In this document: positions 34,063 to 46,842 of the stretch, piece by piece
How positions within the stretch are numbered: the first letter of the stretch is position 1
How the letters are laid out: each line of letters begins with the position of its first letter
Source of the DNA: Selaginella moellendorffii
Lineage: Eukaryota; Plantae; Lycopodiophyta
Direction of reading: 5' to 3'
Length of the DNA stretch: 64,000 nucleotides
Assembly: GCF_000143415.4 (NCBI RefSeq)
Contig: NW_003314263.1
Location: 2,606,041 to 2,670,040 of the forward strand
Program-made: the position numbers and the translations under genes
The notes under the pieces: generated by a model
The model's input: the letters and a program-made list of their open reading frames with translations, nothing else
Databases searched by the model: none
What the model was told of the DNA's origin: nothing

Positions 34063-37000
34063 TGTGAGATACAAAATCCCTAGGCCCCAAAGTGGAGCTG
34101 GAAAGGGTGCCATGTGGTAGCGGCCGAAGTGAAAGCCAAACGAGTGTAACACGTTTGGACTAAAAGCTCCGACTTGAAAGGTCGAGAGCGGGAGTGGAAC
34201 TCCTAACAAAGTGCTCGAGGAACAAGCACGAAGCGAGCAATAAGCGAGGCTCCAAAAAGGGACCCAAAAAGGACCAACATATTACACGTGGAAGTGTCCA
34301 AGGTGGAGTCCAAGGTGGAGTCCAAGATGGAGTCCGAGATGGAGTCCAAAGTGGAGTCCGAGATGGAGTCCGAGATGGAGTCCAAAGTGGAGTCCGAGAT
34401 GGAGTTCGAGATGGACCGAGACGAAGTCCGAGATGGAGTCCGAGGTGGAGTCCGAGATGGAGTCCGAGATGGAGTCCGAAGTGGAGTCCGAGATGGACCG
34501 AGACGGACCCGAGATGGAGTCCAAGATGGAGTTCGAAGTGGAGTCCGAGATGGAGTCCGAGATGGACCGAGACGGGGTCCGAGATGGAGTCCGAGATGGA
34601 CCCGAGATGGAATCCGAGATGGAGTCCGAGAAGGACCCGAGATGAAGTTCGAGGTCGAGACCGAGACTGGGACCAAGACCGAGACCGAGAAAAAAGACCG
34701 AGACTGAGACCGAGATCGAGACCGGGACCGAGACCGAGACCGAGGCGGAGGCCGAGACCGAGCCCGAGTCCGAGTCCGAGTCCGAGTCCGAGTCCGAGTC
34801 CGAGTCCGAGTCCGAGTCCGAGTTTGAGTCTGAGAGGGTGAAAGCCCAAAGCGTTCGTCTCCCAGACCCTGGGGGGTTTGGTGAGCTCCAAAAGTATAGG
34901 AAGGGGGAGGACTGCAGTGGAGCCAGTTTGGCCAGGAAAGGCCAGTTTGGCCCAGGAAGGCCAGACCCAGTGTTGGGTGATGAACTGACCACTGGGAAGT
35001 CCAAGACTAGAGTGAATACGGACCGACAAGTGGGGTAGCTTGGTGAAGTGTTCAAGAGCCGGCTCTAGTTCCCCCGGGAGATCGATTGGCTGATGCTCCC
35101 AGTCCAAGTGTGGGTGGCACTACCTACTTGGATACCAAGCGTGGCTCAATGGAACCTCGCTCTAAGCCCATGGCTAGAGCACCCAAGGGCGGAAGGCGGG
35201 GAAAGTACCTAGGTGGCTCGCGTAAGGCCACGGTGTTCCGAAATGTCGTCCTAAAGGCCCAGACTATGGAAAGGAAGAGGAGCAGTCCTTTGGGGTGTGA
35301 CCAAGGACACAGTCGTGTGGTGATGAAGTCCCAGAGGACCGTGGGACTTAGTGGTCGGGCCTGTGGGCCTCGATCTAGTGGCAGTGTTGGCAAACACGGC
35401 CAAAGGCAAAAAGGGACTTAGTGGGGACTGACAGAGGGATATTAGGGAAGGCTGTTCCCTTTGTCGGTGGGCATCCTAAGGATGCTAAGGAGTGGATCTG
35501 GGATGACCACTCATGGATGGTTGGCCCAGTCTTGGAGAGACAAGACTGTGTTGCAAGTGGTATTGGACTACCAGTGTAGCAAAGGTGATTGGGCATGGCC
35601 TTAGCGTAATAGGCTGCTATGTCGGTGGTACCTTTGAGTGTCAGTCATGGGATCGGACACATGGAGCACTTGGACCAGGTGCAAGGGTTGAGTGGCATGG
35701 ATGCCATTCTTGGGGCTAGCAAGTCCCAAGTCCTGAATTGGACTTATGGAGGTTGTGAAGGAGACTCCTCTAAATGGTCAGAGGTGTGGTTAAGTGACTA
35801 AATTAGAATGGAAAAATTAGTCGCTTACAACTTGGTATCGGAGCTGTTCCTTAGTCCAACTTTTATTGGTGCTCAAGTATATCACCATTGATGTTGGCAT
35901 CGGAAGGTCCTAGGAGTGGGCTTATCCTTGAGGAGTAGCATGTCGAGAGGACATGGCTCTCCACTCAAGTTCATGCGTGAACTTTGGCACAATGTGGTGG
36001 ATAGAAAAGGGCTAATAATGGAACGACTTTGGGATCTTGGGAGCAGTATAAGGTTTCCTTAGAGAGCTGAGGATGTGATCCAAATGAGTGTTTGACGCAA
36101 TAAACGGGCTAATGTAATTGTGATAAACAACTATAGTTGGGATCACGGGAAAGATAAAGACTCCAAAGCAATAAAGGAGTCACAAGATTATCCTCATATA
36201 GTTGAGGTTGGTGCTCATGAATGTGAGACCAGAAGTAATGATTGTGGGAGGTCAAATACGGAAGAGGGCTCAAGTCCTTGAAATGGTAGCCAGGGCTACC
36301 TTTAATAAATGCTGGAACAACCCAAGGAGTTGGGGGGTGTACTTAGAGATGAGTTGGTATTCTCATCACATGGACAAGTAGTCCTAAGGGGCAAAGGTTG
36401 CCCCAGAGAACAAAATTAAGTGTCAGAGTAACACTTGTGAAAATAGTCCTTGTGAGTAGGACATGAATGCAAGAAGTGTATTCCGGTGAGCTAGTGCCCG
36501 ACATGTAGGACCTTATGGGTCTATGGATTAACCAAGTCCAAAACTGCTGGATGACTCAAGTAGAGTCAAGGAATGGTTCTAAAGGACTGATGGAAGCATT
36601 TGGACTGAAGTGTGTGGTACCCCACGAAGGATGGGGGAGATCATAGGATCCAAGGATGAGAACAGAGGGTATCTCATTGATGGCAAAATGTGCCATGCTA
36701 AAGTCATGGGAAGGGTGTTCCCAAAAAAAAAACAACTTTGAAACAAAGTTGTGTGAGACCTTTATGGTGCAGTGTTAACGGATGGTTGGCATGAGAAAGA
36801 GTGGTATTCGTCTTGGCAAAGACTTAGACATAAAAAAGAAGTGTCATAGAGGTAAGCTCGTGGAGCCGATGGTGTGGAGACACCAAATGTGCCAAGGTGT
36901 GATACCTTGAGGCTATGTTGGTGGGTTCATGAGAACCCCTTGCCAAAGGAATTCCAATGGAAATAAGAATGGCATAGCCTAAGCTGTAGAGCATGCAGTT

Positions 37001-40000
37001 GGAGTGTGGTGACCCAAATAATGATGAAGCACCAGTAATGAGTTGTAGGACTTGACAACTATGAGGCAACTAAGCAAGAGGTGCAAAATAATTGGTTAAA
37101 CAGGTAGAAGGTAGCTACCCAAGCCTTCTTAATGGCATAAGGAAATTGGATATACCCTTACGGGGGATAAGTTGCTTATGTTGCGATATAGTAAGTCAAT
37201 GTTATGAAAGGAAATACTCATTGTCAAGCAAGCCGTCATTGGGACACTTGAACACTCTAGAACACCAGGAGGTGGTGTTTGATGTCGCGAGGGCAATAGA
37301 TAAGGCCCAAGGGACTAAGTCCCTAGCGAATGATGGATAGAAGGTGCTATCCAAATGTCCAAGGTGGTGGAGACAGAAGAAGACTGTCTACTCAAATTGG
37401 ACAAATCCAAAGATGGAATTTTGGCAAGGCTAGCGATGGGCATGTAAAGGCCCATAAGCAACAACGTAATCTCGGTGTGTGACATTATAGGGTGAGCATA
37501 CCTGGATTGAGGAACCACTCCCTAGGCTATCAGGTAGGTTCATCCCTAAGAATACTTGCTAAGGCATGATAGAAAGTGCAAAACTATCCTCCTGGTCTGG
37601 AAGAGAATGACCGAAGGAAAGGTGTGAAGCCAAAAGCAAGAAGTATGGGGTAGAACCAAACCATAGGAATCGAAGGGCATAACCAAGGTTGGTTATGCTA
37701 GCTGGGAGTGGAGAATTAAGTGGGGCCTTGAGGGTGTTGCCGCTAGCAACCGTGATGCCATGAACAGTCTAAAATATGGAATTGTCCATGTTAGACTATA
37801 TGGTAGTTGGAAAGCTTGCAAAAAGGGAGGCCTTAGCAAGCTAAGGGACAGAGTTCCTTCAAGGTTCCCAAAGATGATTCTAGGTAGCTTAGTACCTAGA
37901 AAGGCCAAGCGTAAATGGTTCAAAGAACGCGCGAAATCAGAGTGGCACAGCAGAAGCGTGGTCTTGAAGCTTGCCATGAGGCAAGGCTATCAAGGTTAGG
38001 GAAGTAGTTCCCGAGTGTTCAAAGAGAGGGCTTTGAACGAAAGTTGATGATCAAGGGCTTTCACGCTTGTGCAGGAACCATATTACAGTGGTCGGAGGAC
38101 TTGCCAAAGCTAGATTGGCAAGTCAGGGGAACAAATACCCTAGTTGAATGTGATAACTTCAAAAAGGGTGGGCCATGGGGCCAAGCATGGAGGAGTCCAT
38201 GCATGATCACAGACTTGTCAAGTGAGAGGACTTGGCGGTGTGGAGGAATTAGGTTCCTAAGGTGTGATCTATAGCGCACTTTGAGTATAAGTTGGTGCAC
38301 CGGCGTGGGGAGTCACGTCAGGCATCCTGGGTGATGCCGTCCGTAGATGCATATACAGAGGTTGGGTTCGAGTCCCGACCCTCTAGTGCTTGGGTTTGAG
38401 TCCCAACTCACTAGGGCGTGGTGATGGTTTGGAATATGAGGACACTCATTTTTCGGTGGTCATGGACTCTCAGTGTGGAGACTGGTTTGGGCACACCGCC
38501 AAGCGAGGGATGCCTCGGAGTTGTGATGCACGGTTAGATTGCTTAGTGTGGCTCAGCATATCTAACTTTCACACTTTGGTGCCAGTGGCACCAAGGACGT
38601 GGTGAATGAGATGGGGACACCTAGTCTTAGTTGCTATGGACCCTTGGCCAGAAGGGCTGGCTTGGGCGCACCGCCAAGTGTGGGGGATGCCCCCGGGGTC
38701 GTAGTTAACAAGTTAAAGGTCTGGAAGACCTAATACCTATTGGCAAACCTGTTAAGGTGCCGAGGTGAGATCACTAGGTAATCTTGTAGCTAAATAAGGA
38801 CAAGGTCCTTATTTGGGCTAAGGAATAAAGTTCCTAGTTCAAAGTGTTGATTTGAACTATTGATGATGGTGTGGCTTGGTCAAGGTGACCAAGTGGGAAA
38901 AGCACATTAGGGAAATGAGCTATGTCATTACAATGGCATAGTGTGTCCAAGGAAAATAGTGTCTAAAGAGACCTATGGGAGGGTCACAAAGTTGGGCCGT
39001 GGATAGAGCCCACAGCAGAAGATGCTAAAGAGACTTACTAGGGGTGAACACCCTAGTCTTGGCAAAGCAGAGCCTTTGCTATGGAATCAAAAGAATACCT
39101 CAAGGAGGGAGGCAGAGATTCGGTGTTGCTTGGTGCAACAATCAACGGATAGGAGCAAAAGATGAGTGGCCAAGATAGGGCCGTGGAATCCCTTGGAAGG
39201 AATCCAAGTGACAAAGTTAAGCGAGAAACAATAATGTGTTGGACGCTAACAAATTGCGGGAAAGAAAGTGTGTTTCCAAGGATGGATTCCGAATTGCTCC
39301 GATTTGGCGAAAGTGGAAGCTCTAAGGGAGGGAGCGGTAAGGTAGCCAAATGATAGGGCCATGGACAGCCCTAGCACAAAGTATGATAAATGGAACTTAG
39401 TGCCCAAGGTGGCACGAAATAGAAGAGAGGATGATAGTGCCCTTAAGTAAAGAACTTCCTAGGATGGAAAGTGGAGTTGCACAATATGTGCAATGCAAGG
39501 TGTTGGAGACACCTAGGAAAGTTGACTTCAAGAAGTCAAAAGTAAACGTTCCAAAGTGCAAACGTTATATTGATGAAAATTGAGACTACTCAAGATGGAG
39601 TAGTGGGATTGAGATAGAGACGGTGTCTCTAACAAGTTTAGCGAGAACTAAACCAATAAACAGAAAGAACCACCACAAGTGGTCCAATTAGTCTCTAAGT
39701 TGGAGAGACTATCCTCCTTAGAGGATGGACGAGGCATGGTGAGCCTTTGGGGTCAAACCATAGACAAATATTGGCAGGGTGCCAAGGATGGGAATGGTAA
39801 TATCTACGGGTGTTACTTTATAAAAAGGTTTACCGTTCGATGAGGACATCGAACTTCGTCTATGGGTGGTGGAATTGTGAGATACAAAATCCCTAGGCCC
39901 CAAAGTGGAGCTGGAAAGGGTGCCATGTGGTAGCGGCCGAAGTGAAAGCCAAACGAGTGTAACACGTTTGGACTAAAAGCTCCGACTTGAAAGGTCGAGA

Positions 40001-41636
40001 GCGGGAGTGGAACTCCTAACAAAGTGCTCGAGGAACAAGCACGAAGCGAGCAATAAGCGAGGCTCCAAAAAGGGACCCAAAAAGGACCAACACATTACAC
40101 GTGGAAGTGTCCAAGGTGGAGTCCAAGGTGGAGTCCAAGATGGAGTCCGAGATGGAGTCCAAAGTGGAGTCCGAGATGGAGTCCGAGATGGAGTCCAAAG
40201 TGGAGTCCGAGATGGAGTCCGAGATGGACCAAGACGAAGTCCGAGATGGAGTCCGAGGTGGAGTCCGAGATGGAGTCCGAGATGGAGTCCAAAGTGGAGT
40301 CCGAGATGGACCGAGACAGACCTGAGATGGAGTCCAAGATGGAGTCCGAAGTGGAGTTCGAGATGGAGTCCGAGATGGACCGAGACGGGGTTCGAGATGG
40401 AGTCCGAGATGGACCCGAGATGGAATCCGAGATGGAGTCCGAGAAGGACCCAAGATGAAGTCCGAGGTCGAGACCGAGACTGGGACCAAGACCGAGACCG
40501 AGAAAAAAGACCAAGACTGAGACCGAGACCGAGACCGGGACCGAGACCGAGACCGAGGCGGAGGCCGAGACCGAGCCCGAGTCCGAGTCCGAGTCTGAGT
40601 CTGAGTCCGAGTCCGAGTTTGAGTTTGAGTTTGAGTCTGAGAGGGTGAAAGCCCAAAGCGTTCGTCTCCCAGACCCTGGGGGGTTTGGTGAGCTCCAAAA
40701 GTATAGTAATGGGGAGGACTGCAGTGGAGCCAGTTTGGCCAGGAAAGGCCAGTTTGGCCCAGGAAGGCCAGACCCAGTGTTGGGTGATGAACTGACCACT
40801 GGGAAGTCCAAGACTAGAGTGAATACGGACCGACAAGTGGGGTAGCTTGGTGAAGTGTTCAAGAGCCGGCTCTAGTTCCCCCGGGAGATCGATTGGCTGA
40901 TGCTCCCAGTCCAAGTGTGGGTGGCACTACCTACTTGGATACCAAGCGTGGCTCAATGGAACCTCGCTCTAAGCCCATGGCTAGAGCACCCAAGGGCGGA
41001 AGGCGGGGAAAGTACCTAGGTGGCTCGCGTAAGGCCACGGTGTTCCGAAATGTCGTCCCAAAGGCCCAGACTATGGAAAGGAAGAGGAGCAGTCCTTTGG
41101 GGTGTGACCAAGGACACAGTCGTGTGGTGATGAAGTCCCAGAGGACCGTGGGACTTAGTGGTCGGGCCTATGGGCCTCGATCTAGTGGCAGTGTTGGCAA
41201 ACACGGCCAAAGGCAAAAAGGGACTTAGTGGGGACTGACAGAGGGATATTAGGGAAGGCTGTTCCCTTTGTCGGTGGGCATCCTAAGGATGCTAAGGAGT
41301 GGATCTGGGATGACCACTCATGGATGGTTGGCCCAGTCTTGGAGAGACAAGACTGTGTTGCAAGTGGTATTGGACTACCAGTGTAGCAAAGGTGATTGGG
41401 CATGGCCTTAGCGTAATAGGCTGCTATGTCGGTGGTACCTTTGAGTGTCAGTCATGGGATCGGACACATGGAGCACTTGGACCAGGTGCAAGGGTTGAGT
41501 GGCATGGATGCCATTCTTGGGGCTAGCAAGTCCCAAGTCCTGAATTGGACTTATGGAGGTTGTGAAGGAGACTCCTCCAAATGGTCAGAGGTGTGGTTAA
41601 GTGACTAAATTAGAATGGAAAAATTAGTCGCTTACA
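34063..41636 (+). mobile_element. Non-autonomous LTR retroelement (LARD-like, element B) inserted in the 3' LTR of A
   Basis: TSD GTTCC (34058-62 and 41637-41). LTRs 34063-35829 and 39876-41636 are nearly identical. PBS at 35833-35844, PPT GGGTGGTGGAAT, and a ~4-kb interior without a long ORF. Confidence 0.93.
34300..34830 (+). repeat. LTR-internal tandem arrays (GGAGTCCGAGAT 12-mer; CCGAGA/CCGAGT hexamers); also at 40115-40640 and 47075-47660
   Basis: Directly visible. These arrays generate the low-complexity ORFs in all frames. Confidence 0.95.
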
Positions 41637-42883
41637 GTTCCTTCAAGACTGGTTCTTAGACCTCACTATCCCTACTATACTTTTGGAACCCCCTGCAGCC
41701 ACTCCCCCCTAGGAGACGCACGCTTTGGGCTTTCACCCTTTGACCCGTATTAGTATTTGGACTTAGTCTCTGGCTTGATCTCGGACCCGATTTCGGATCC
41801 GACTTCGGATTCGGTCTCGGACTCGATCTCGGACTCGACCTCGGACTCGGTCTCGGACCCGATTTCGGATCTCGGACTCCATCTCGAACTCGGTCTCGAA
41901 CTCGGTCTCGAACTCAGACCCAAACTCGGTCCCCGAGTCGGTTTCGGACTCGATTCCAGACTCTATCTCGAAGTCGGTCCTAGAGTCGGTCTTGGACTCG
42001 ATCCTCGACTTGGTCCCATCCGATGAACTCTTTATCATTTCGGTCAAGCTTTTGGGGATCCTTTAGCCTACGACATCTCGGGGAGTCGGTTCCTTACAAC
42101 TCCACCACCCATAGAAGAAGTTCGATGCCCACATCAAACGTCTCGTTTTATCCTACGACTTGTTGACCATGTCTCCGGGGGCATCCCCCCACTTAGCGGT
42201 GTGCCTAAGTTAGCCTCCCCGGCCAAGAGCCCATGACAACGGAATATAGGTGTCCCTATACCCCTAACCTCACCACGCCCTAGTATGGGGTCGGGACTTG
42301 AACCCAGCCTTGCTTTACTAGGGGGTTGGGACTCGAACCCAACCTCCATAGAATACGTCTACGGATTCGACATCCCCGCGGGGAGTCGGGCGTAGTGCCC
42401 TACGCCTGGTCGACCTATCCAACCCATGCTAATTAGCTTACCTTCGGCACGCCTTCGGGTCCTAACATATGCCACTTGCTCAACTTTGCAAATTGATATT
42501 TTTAATTGAATTTTGCATAAGTACATAGAGTTCTGCCTTGCAGAAATTCCTCCACTAGATCTCGCGCATTTGCTAGGTTCTCCTCCGGTTCCCATGTTGC
42601 TTCGCAGTGTGGAAATCCTTTCCACTTCACATGGAACTCTCTCACCTCACGTCCTTGTCGCTTGCTCTTGCGCGCATTGAGGATGGCCTCGACTTCGTAT
42701 TCCTCTTCCCCTTGGATAACCTCAGGTGAAGGTCTCACTTGGTCCTTGCGAAGCGGATCCTCAAAGTACGGCTTGAGTAAGTTCACATGGAACACTGGGT
42801 GCATCTTCCCCATCTCTCGAGGAAGTCGGAGTCGGTAAGCCACTTTACCGATTCGTGCCTCAATCTCGTAAGGCCCTGCGAAC

Positions 42884-42935
42884 CTGCTTAAGGAACTCAA
42901 GATCAATCCATTTACAGGAATACATGCATCTTTAC
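42884..42935 (-). other. Putative spliceosomal intron (52 nt) in integrase GPY/F region
   Basis: AG|GTAAAG...TAAGCAG|G. Removal gives KLTQR-FAGPYEI in frame. Confidence 0.8.
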
Positions 42936-43353
42936 CTTTGGGTCAACTTTCGGCTGATCCCACTTGGTAGTCTGAGGTTCTTGGTGTTCAGCCACACCTT
43001 CTCCCCAGCTTGGAACTCTACATCCCGACGCTTCTGGTTCGCGTATTTGGTTTGCCTTTGTTGAGCCCGTTCCAAGGAATCCCTCACTAGATTCTAAATG
43101 CTGAGTCTTTCCGCCGTGAATGCCTCCACTGCGGGCAACTCTCCATGATACTCGGCCACGCCGAGTTCCACAGGACCTTCAATAGCTCGCCCATTGATGA
43201 CTTCCCATGGACTCACCTCGATACTCGAATGTGGTGAGTTGTTATAACACATTTCCGCAAGTCCCAAATGACTTACCCAATCGGTCTGGTCTCCCGAGAC
43301 ATAGCATCGCAAATAATCCTCCAGCTGCCTATTCACCCTTTCCGTTTGTCCGT

Positions 43354-43399
43354 CTGTCAAGAAGTGTTAGTGCCAACAACTTGACTTAATACCCCATAC
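43354..43399 (-). other. Putative spliceosomal intron (46 nt) in integrase core
   Basis: AG|GTATGG...CACTAAC...TTCTTGACAG|. Removal gives YHPQT-DGQTERVN in frame. Confidence 0.82.
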
Positions 43400-46300
43400 C
43401 TGTCTGTGGGTGATAGTCTGTGCTGAATTTCAACTTGGTGGGATACTGTTCTAGGAGAGTCCTCCAGAACCTACTGGTGAAGATCTTATCTCGATCTGAG
43501 ATGATCTCTTCCGGTCTTCCCCGCACTCGAACCACTTGTTCGAAGAACAGCTTTGCCACACCTTCCACATCCACCTCCGTTGTGGTGGGTATGAAATGTG
43601 CCATCTTCGAAAATCGGTCCACCACCATGAATATTGCATCAAACCCCTCGCTTGGGGGGAGTCCCGTGATGAAGTCCATCGTAAGACATTTCCACGGGCG
43701 ATCTGGAATTGGGATGCTTTGCAACAAGCCCCCACTAGCCTTAGTCACGGCTTTTACCTGCTGACATGTTGGACATGTCTTTACATAGTCTTGGGCGTCC
43801 TTAGCCATATCTGGCCAATGGTACTTCCTTTTGAGTAAGCCCATCGTCTTGGGCACTCTGCCATGTCCCGCAAGAGGTCCGTCATGACACTCTTCTAAGG
43901 CCACCTTCCTTAGTTCCCCTTCTGGAATATACACCCTCGTTCGCTTGTAATAGATGAGTCCATTGCGTTCCGCATAGCCCATTTTCTCTTCTGTTGGCAG
44001 CTCACCTCTCTAGTGAGCTTCCCACGCCTCTAGATTCCTCAGCAACACTTCTTGTGCTAGACCATCGTTCTCATATGCTGTCCGCACATTGTCCCAGAAG
44101 GTTGCTGTTGCGCTGGATATTGCCAACCTCAAGCTCGCTTTTCGACTTAGCGCATCCGCCACGATGTTGCTCTTCCCAGGCTTGTACAGAATCTCGCAAT
44201 CAAACTCAGCCAAGGCATTGGCCCACCGACCTTGTTTCCCTCTTAGGTCGGGCTGTGACAAGAAGTGTTTCGTTGCCACATTGTCCGTGTAAACTTTGAA
44301 GTGTCTCCCAAGGTAGTGTCGCCACTCCTTGAGTGCCTTGACTACCGCAAACAATTCCTTCTCGTGGGCAGGCCACTTCCGTTGAGCCTTGTCCAGCTTC
44401 TTCAAGAAGAACGCTACCGGATGGTTGTCTTGCTTCAAAACTGCGCCCAACGCAAAGTCTGAAGCATCCGTTTCTACCTCAAAGTCCTTACCAAAGTCTG
44501 GTAATGCCAATACGGGAGCCTTCCTCAACTTCCCTTTGAGGTGGACGAATGCCGCCTCGCATTCCGCTGTCCACACCATCTTCCCTTTTCCTGTTTGGTC
44601 CGTTAAGGGCAGGGCTACTCTCGAATAGTGTCTGATAAACTTTCGATAGTAGTTGCATAGCCCCAGGAATGCTCTCAACTCGTGTACATTGGATGGTTGC
44701 TCCCATTCCTGGATCGCTTGGACCTTCTCCGGGTCCACCTTGAGCCTGTCCTGGCCCACCACATGCCCGAGAAACTTTACCTCTTGTTGAGCAAAGTCAT
44801 ATTTGCTCTCTTTAGTATACAGTTTGTGTTCCCTTAGTTTCTCAAACACCTTCGCCAAGTGTTCGGCATGCTCCTCTAGCGTCTCGCTATAGATCAGGAT
44901 GTCGTCGATATAGACGACCACAAAGTGATCCAAATAGGGTACAAAGATGTGGTTCATTAGCGCTGAAAACATTGCCGGTGCATTACATAGCCTGAAGGGC
45001 ATCACCAGAAACTCAAAGCTCCCATACCTCGTTCGACAAGTTGTCTTCTCGACATCTTCCTCGGCTACCCTGATCTGGTAGTATCCTGACCTTAGGTCAA
45101 TCCTCGAGAAGTATTTTGCCTTTCCCAACCTATCGAACAGGTCCTCAATCCTTGGCAAAGGGTACTTGTTCTTCTTTGTATACTTGTTGAGCAACCGGTA
45201 GTCTATGCACATGCGCATAGATCCATCTTTCTTTTTCACAAATAACACCGGCACTCCATACGGCGACTTGCTCAACCTAACATACCCTTTGTCCACCAAT
45301 TCCTCTAGTTGGCACTTGAGCTCCTTGAGTTCTTTTTCGTTCAAACGATAAGGGGGACGAACCACTGCCTCAGCACCCTCGACCAGCTCAATCTTATGTT
45401 CTATCGGTCGTGCTGGGGGTAGCCTCGCCGGTAGCTCCTCCGGCATGGTATCCTGGAATTGGTCCAACACCCGCTGGATCACTAAAGGTACTTCTTCCAT
45501 TCCTGTCTTTTTGTCACTCTTCACCGAGAGTAAGCACAAAAAGGCCGCCTTAGTTCCTTTAGTGAGTTGTCCTCTCGTGGACACCAGGTTTAAGCAGGAA
45601 TCTTTGGCCTTGCTTTGCCCTACCTTTAGATCTTGGGCCTCCACCCTAGATCTTCTTCCTTGGGCATTCGCCAGTACCACAAGGTTTCTACCTTGTCCAT
45701 GTAGGGCTACCACGAATCGATTAAACCAGTCCATTCCGAAGATCACGTCAAATCCCGCCATGTCCAACACGGTGAAATCCATGTCCATCTTCCAAGTCCC
45801 CACTTCGACTCTCGCTTGTCGAAGTACCTCATCGGTGCTTTGGCTACCTTGAACAAACTCTATAGTCCTTGGTTCGCCTAGCCGCTGCACCGTTAGTCCG
45901 GCTTGCCGGACTATGTCTGCAGCCACAAAATTATCCGAAGCACCCGTGTCAATAAGGATTTTAACAAAGCTACCTCCGAGCTTCCCTCGGAGGGCTAGTA
46001 GATGTCGCGAACGACTCTCTACCAAAGTTGCTCGTGTAATGAGTAACTTTGAGTTAGGGACTGGATCACATACCTCCGTTTGGACTTCACCCGACTTGAT
46101 GGCCATATTGGCTCTGGCCTTCTTCGGGTAGGGACATTCCCTCGAGAAGTGTCCCGCTTCACCGCAGTTGTAGCATACGTTGTTTCCCACGCTGCTATAC
46201 GACTTGACCTTCTTATCCGTGGGTTTGTCTCTTTTCGCTTGACTCCCCCACGTACTCACTTGCTGGCCACCGGATCTGCCTTTCCGGAACCCCGAGGACT

Positions 46301-46842
46301 CATTCTTAGAGAAACTCTTCTTGAATTTCCCTCTGCTAAACGTTCCCCTTGGTTTGGCCCCTTTGCTAAACGTGGATCCCGACCCCGTTGTGTTCCCCTT
46401 TCGCAGGTTATCGTTGAAATGCACCTTGATGGCCGCATCCAACGCTTCCTTATAGTTGGTCGGGTTCCACCGCATTACTTCGCCGCGAGCCCAGGTTTGC
46501 AAACCTGATATGAAGGCATGGAACGCATCCATATCCCCCGTGTCCGTGACAAGTATCCTCTTTGCCATAAACCCATTCACATACTCCTGAATGGTTCTGG
46601 TTTGCTTCAGCCTACTCAGCTCGTCCCTTAGATGCAGAGTAACATTCGGAGGAACGTAAGTTGCGCGGATCCTCGCCTTCATCATTTCCCAAGTGGCCAC
46701 CGGTCCTTCGTTGGCCTCTGTCGTTCTCCGCCAAGACTTGGCATTATCTGCCAAGTATGGTTTTGCACATGGGACCTTCTCCGAGCTCGGTAATCGCAAC
46801 GCTTGGAAGTAGTCCTCCATATTGTAAAACCAATCCTCCACC

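Noticed and set aside
34300-34830. CRISPR-like repeat array
   Set aside because: No unique spacers. This is a simple tandem repeat within eukaryotic LTRs.
34160-35107. Long low-complexity ORFs (GL, SD, SPRW, RDGV repeats), also at 40.0-40.9 kb and 46.7-47.9 kb
   Set aside because: By-products of stop-free 6/12-bp tandem arrays inside LTRs, open in most frames.
43983-44012. Programmed readthrough or intron at the RNase H/integrase TAG
   Set aside because: The nearby GT...AG is only 15 nt and lies after the stop. All three TAG stops fit CAG/TGG transition decay.
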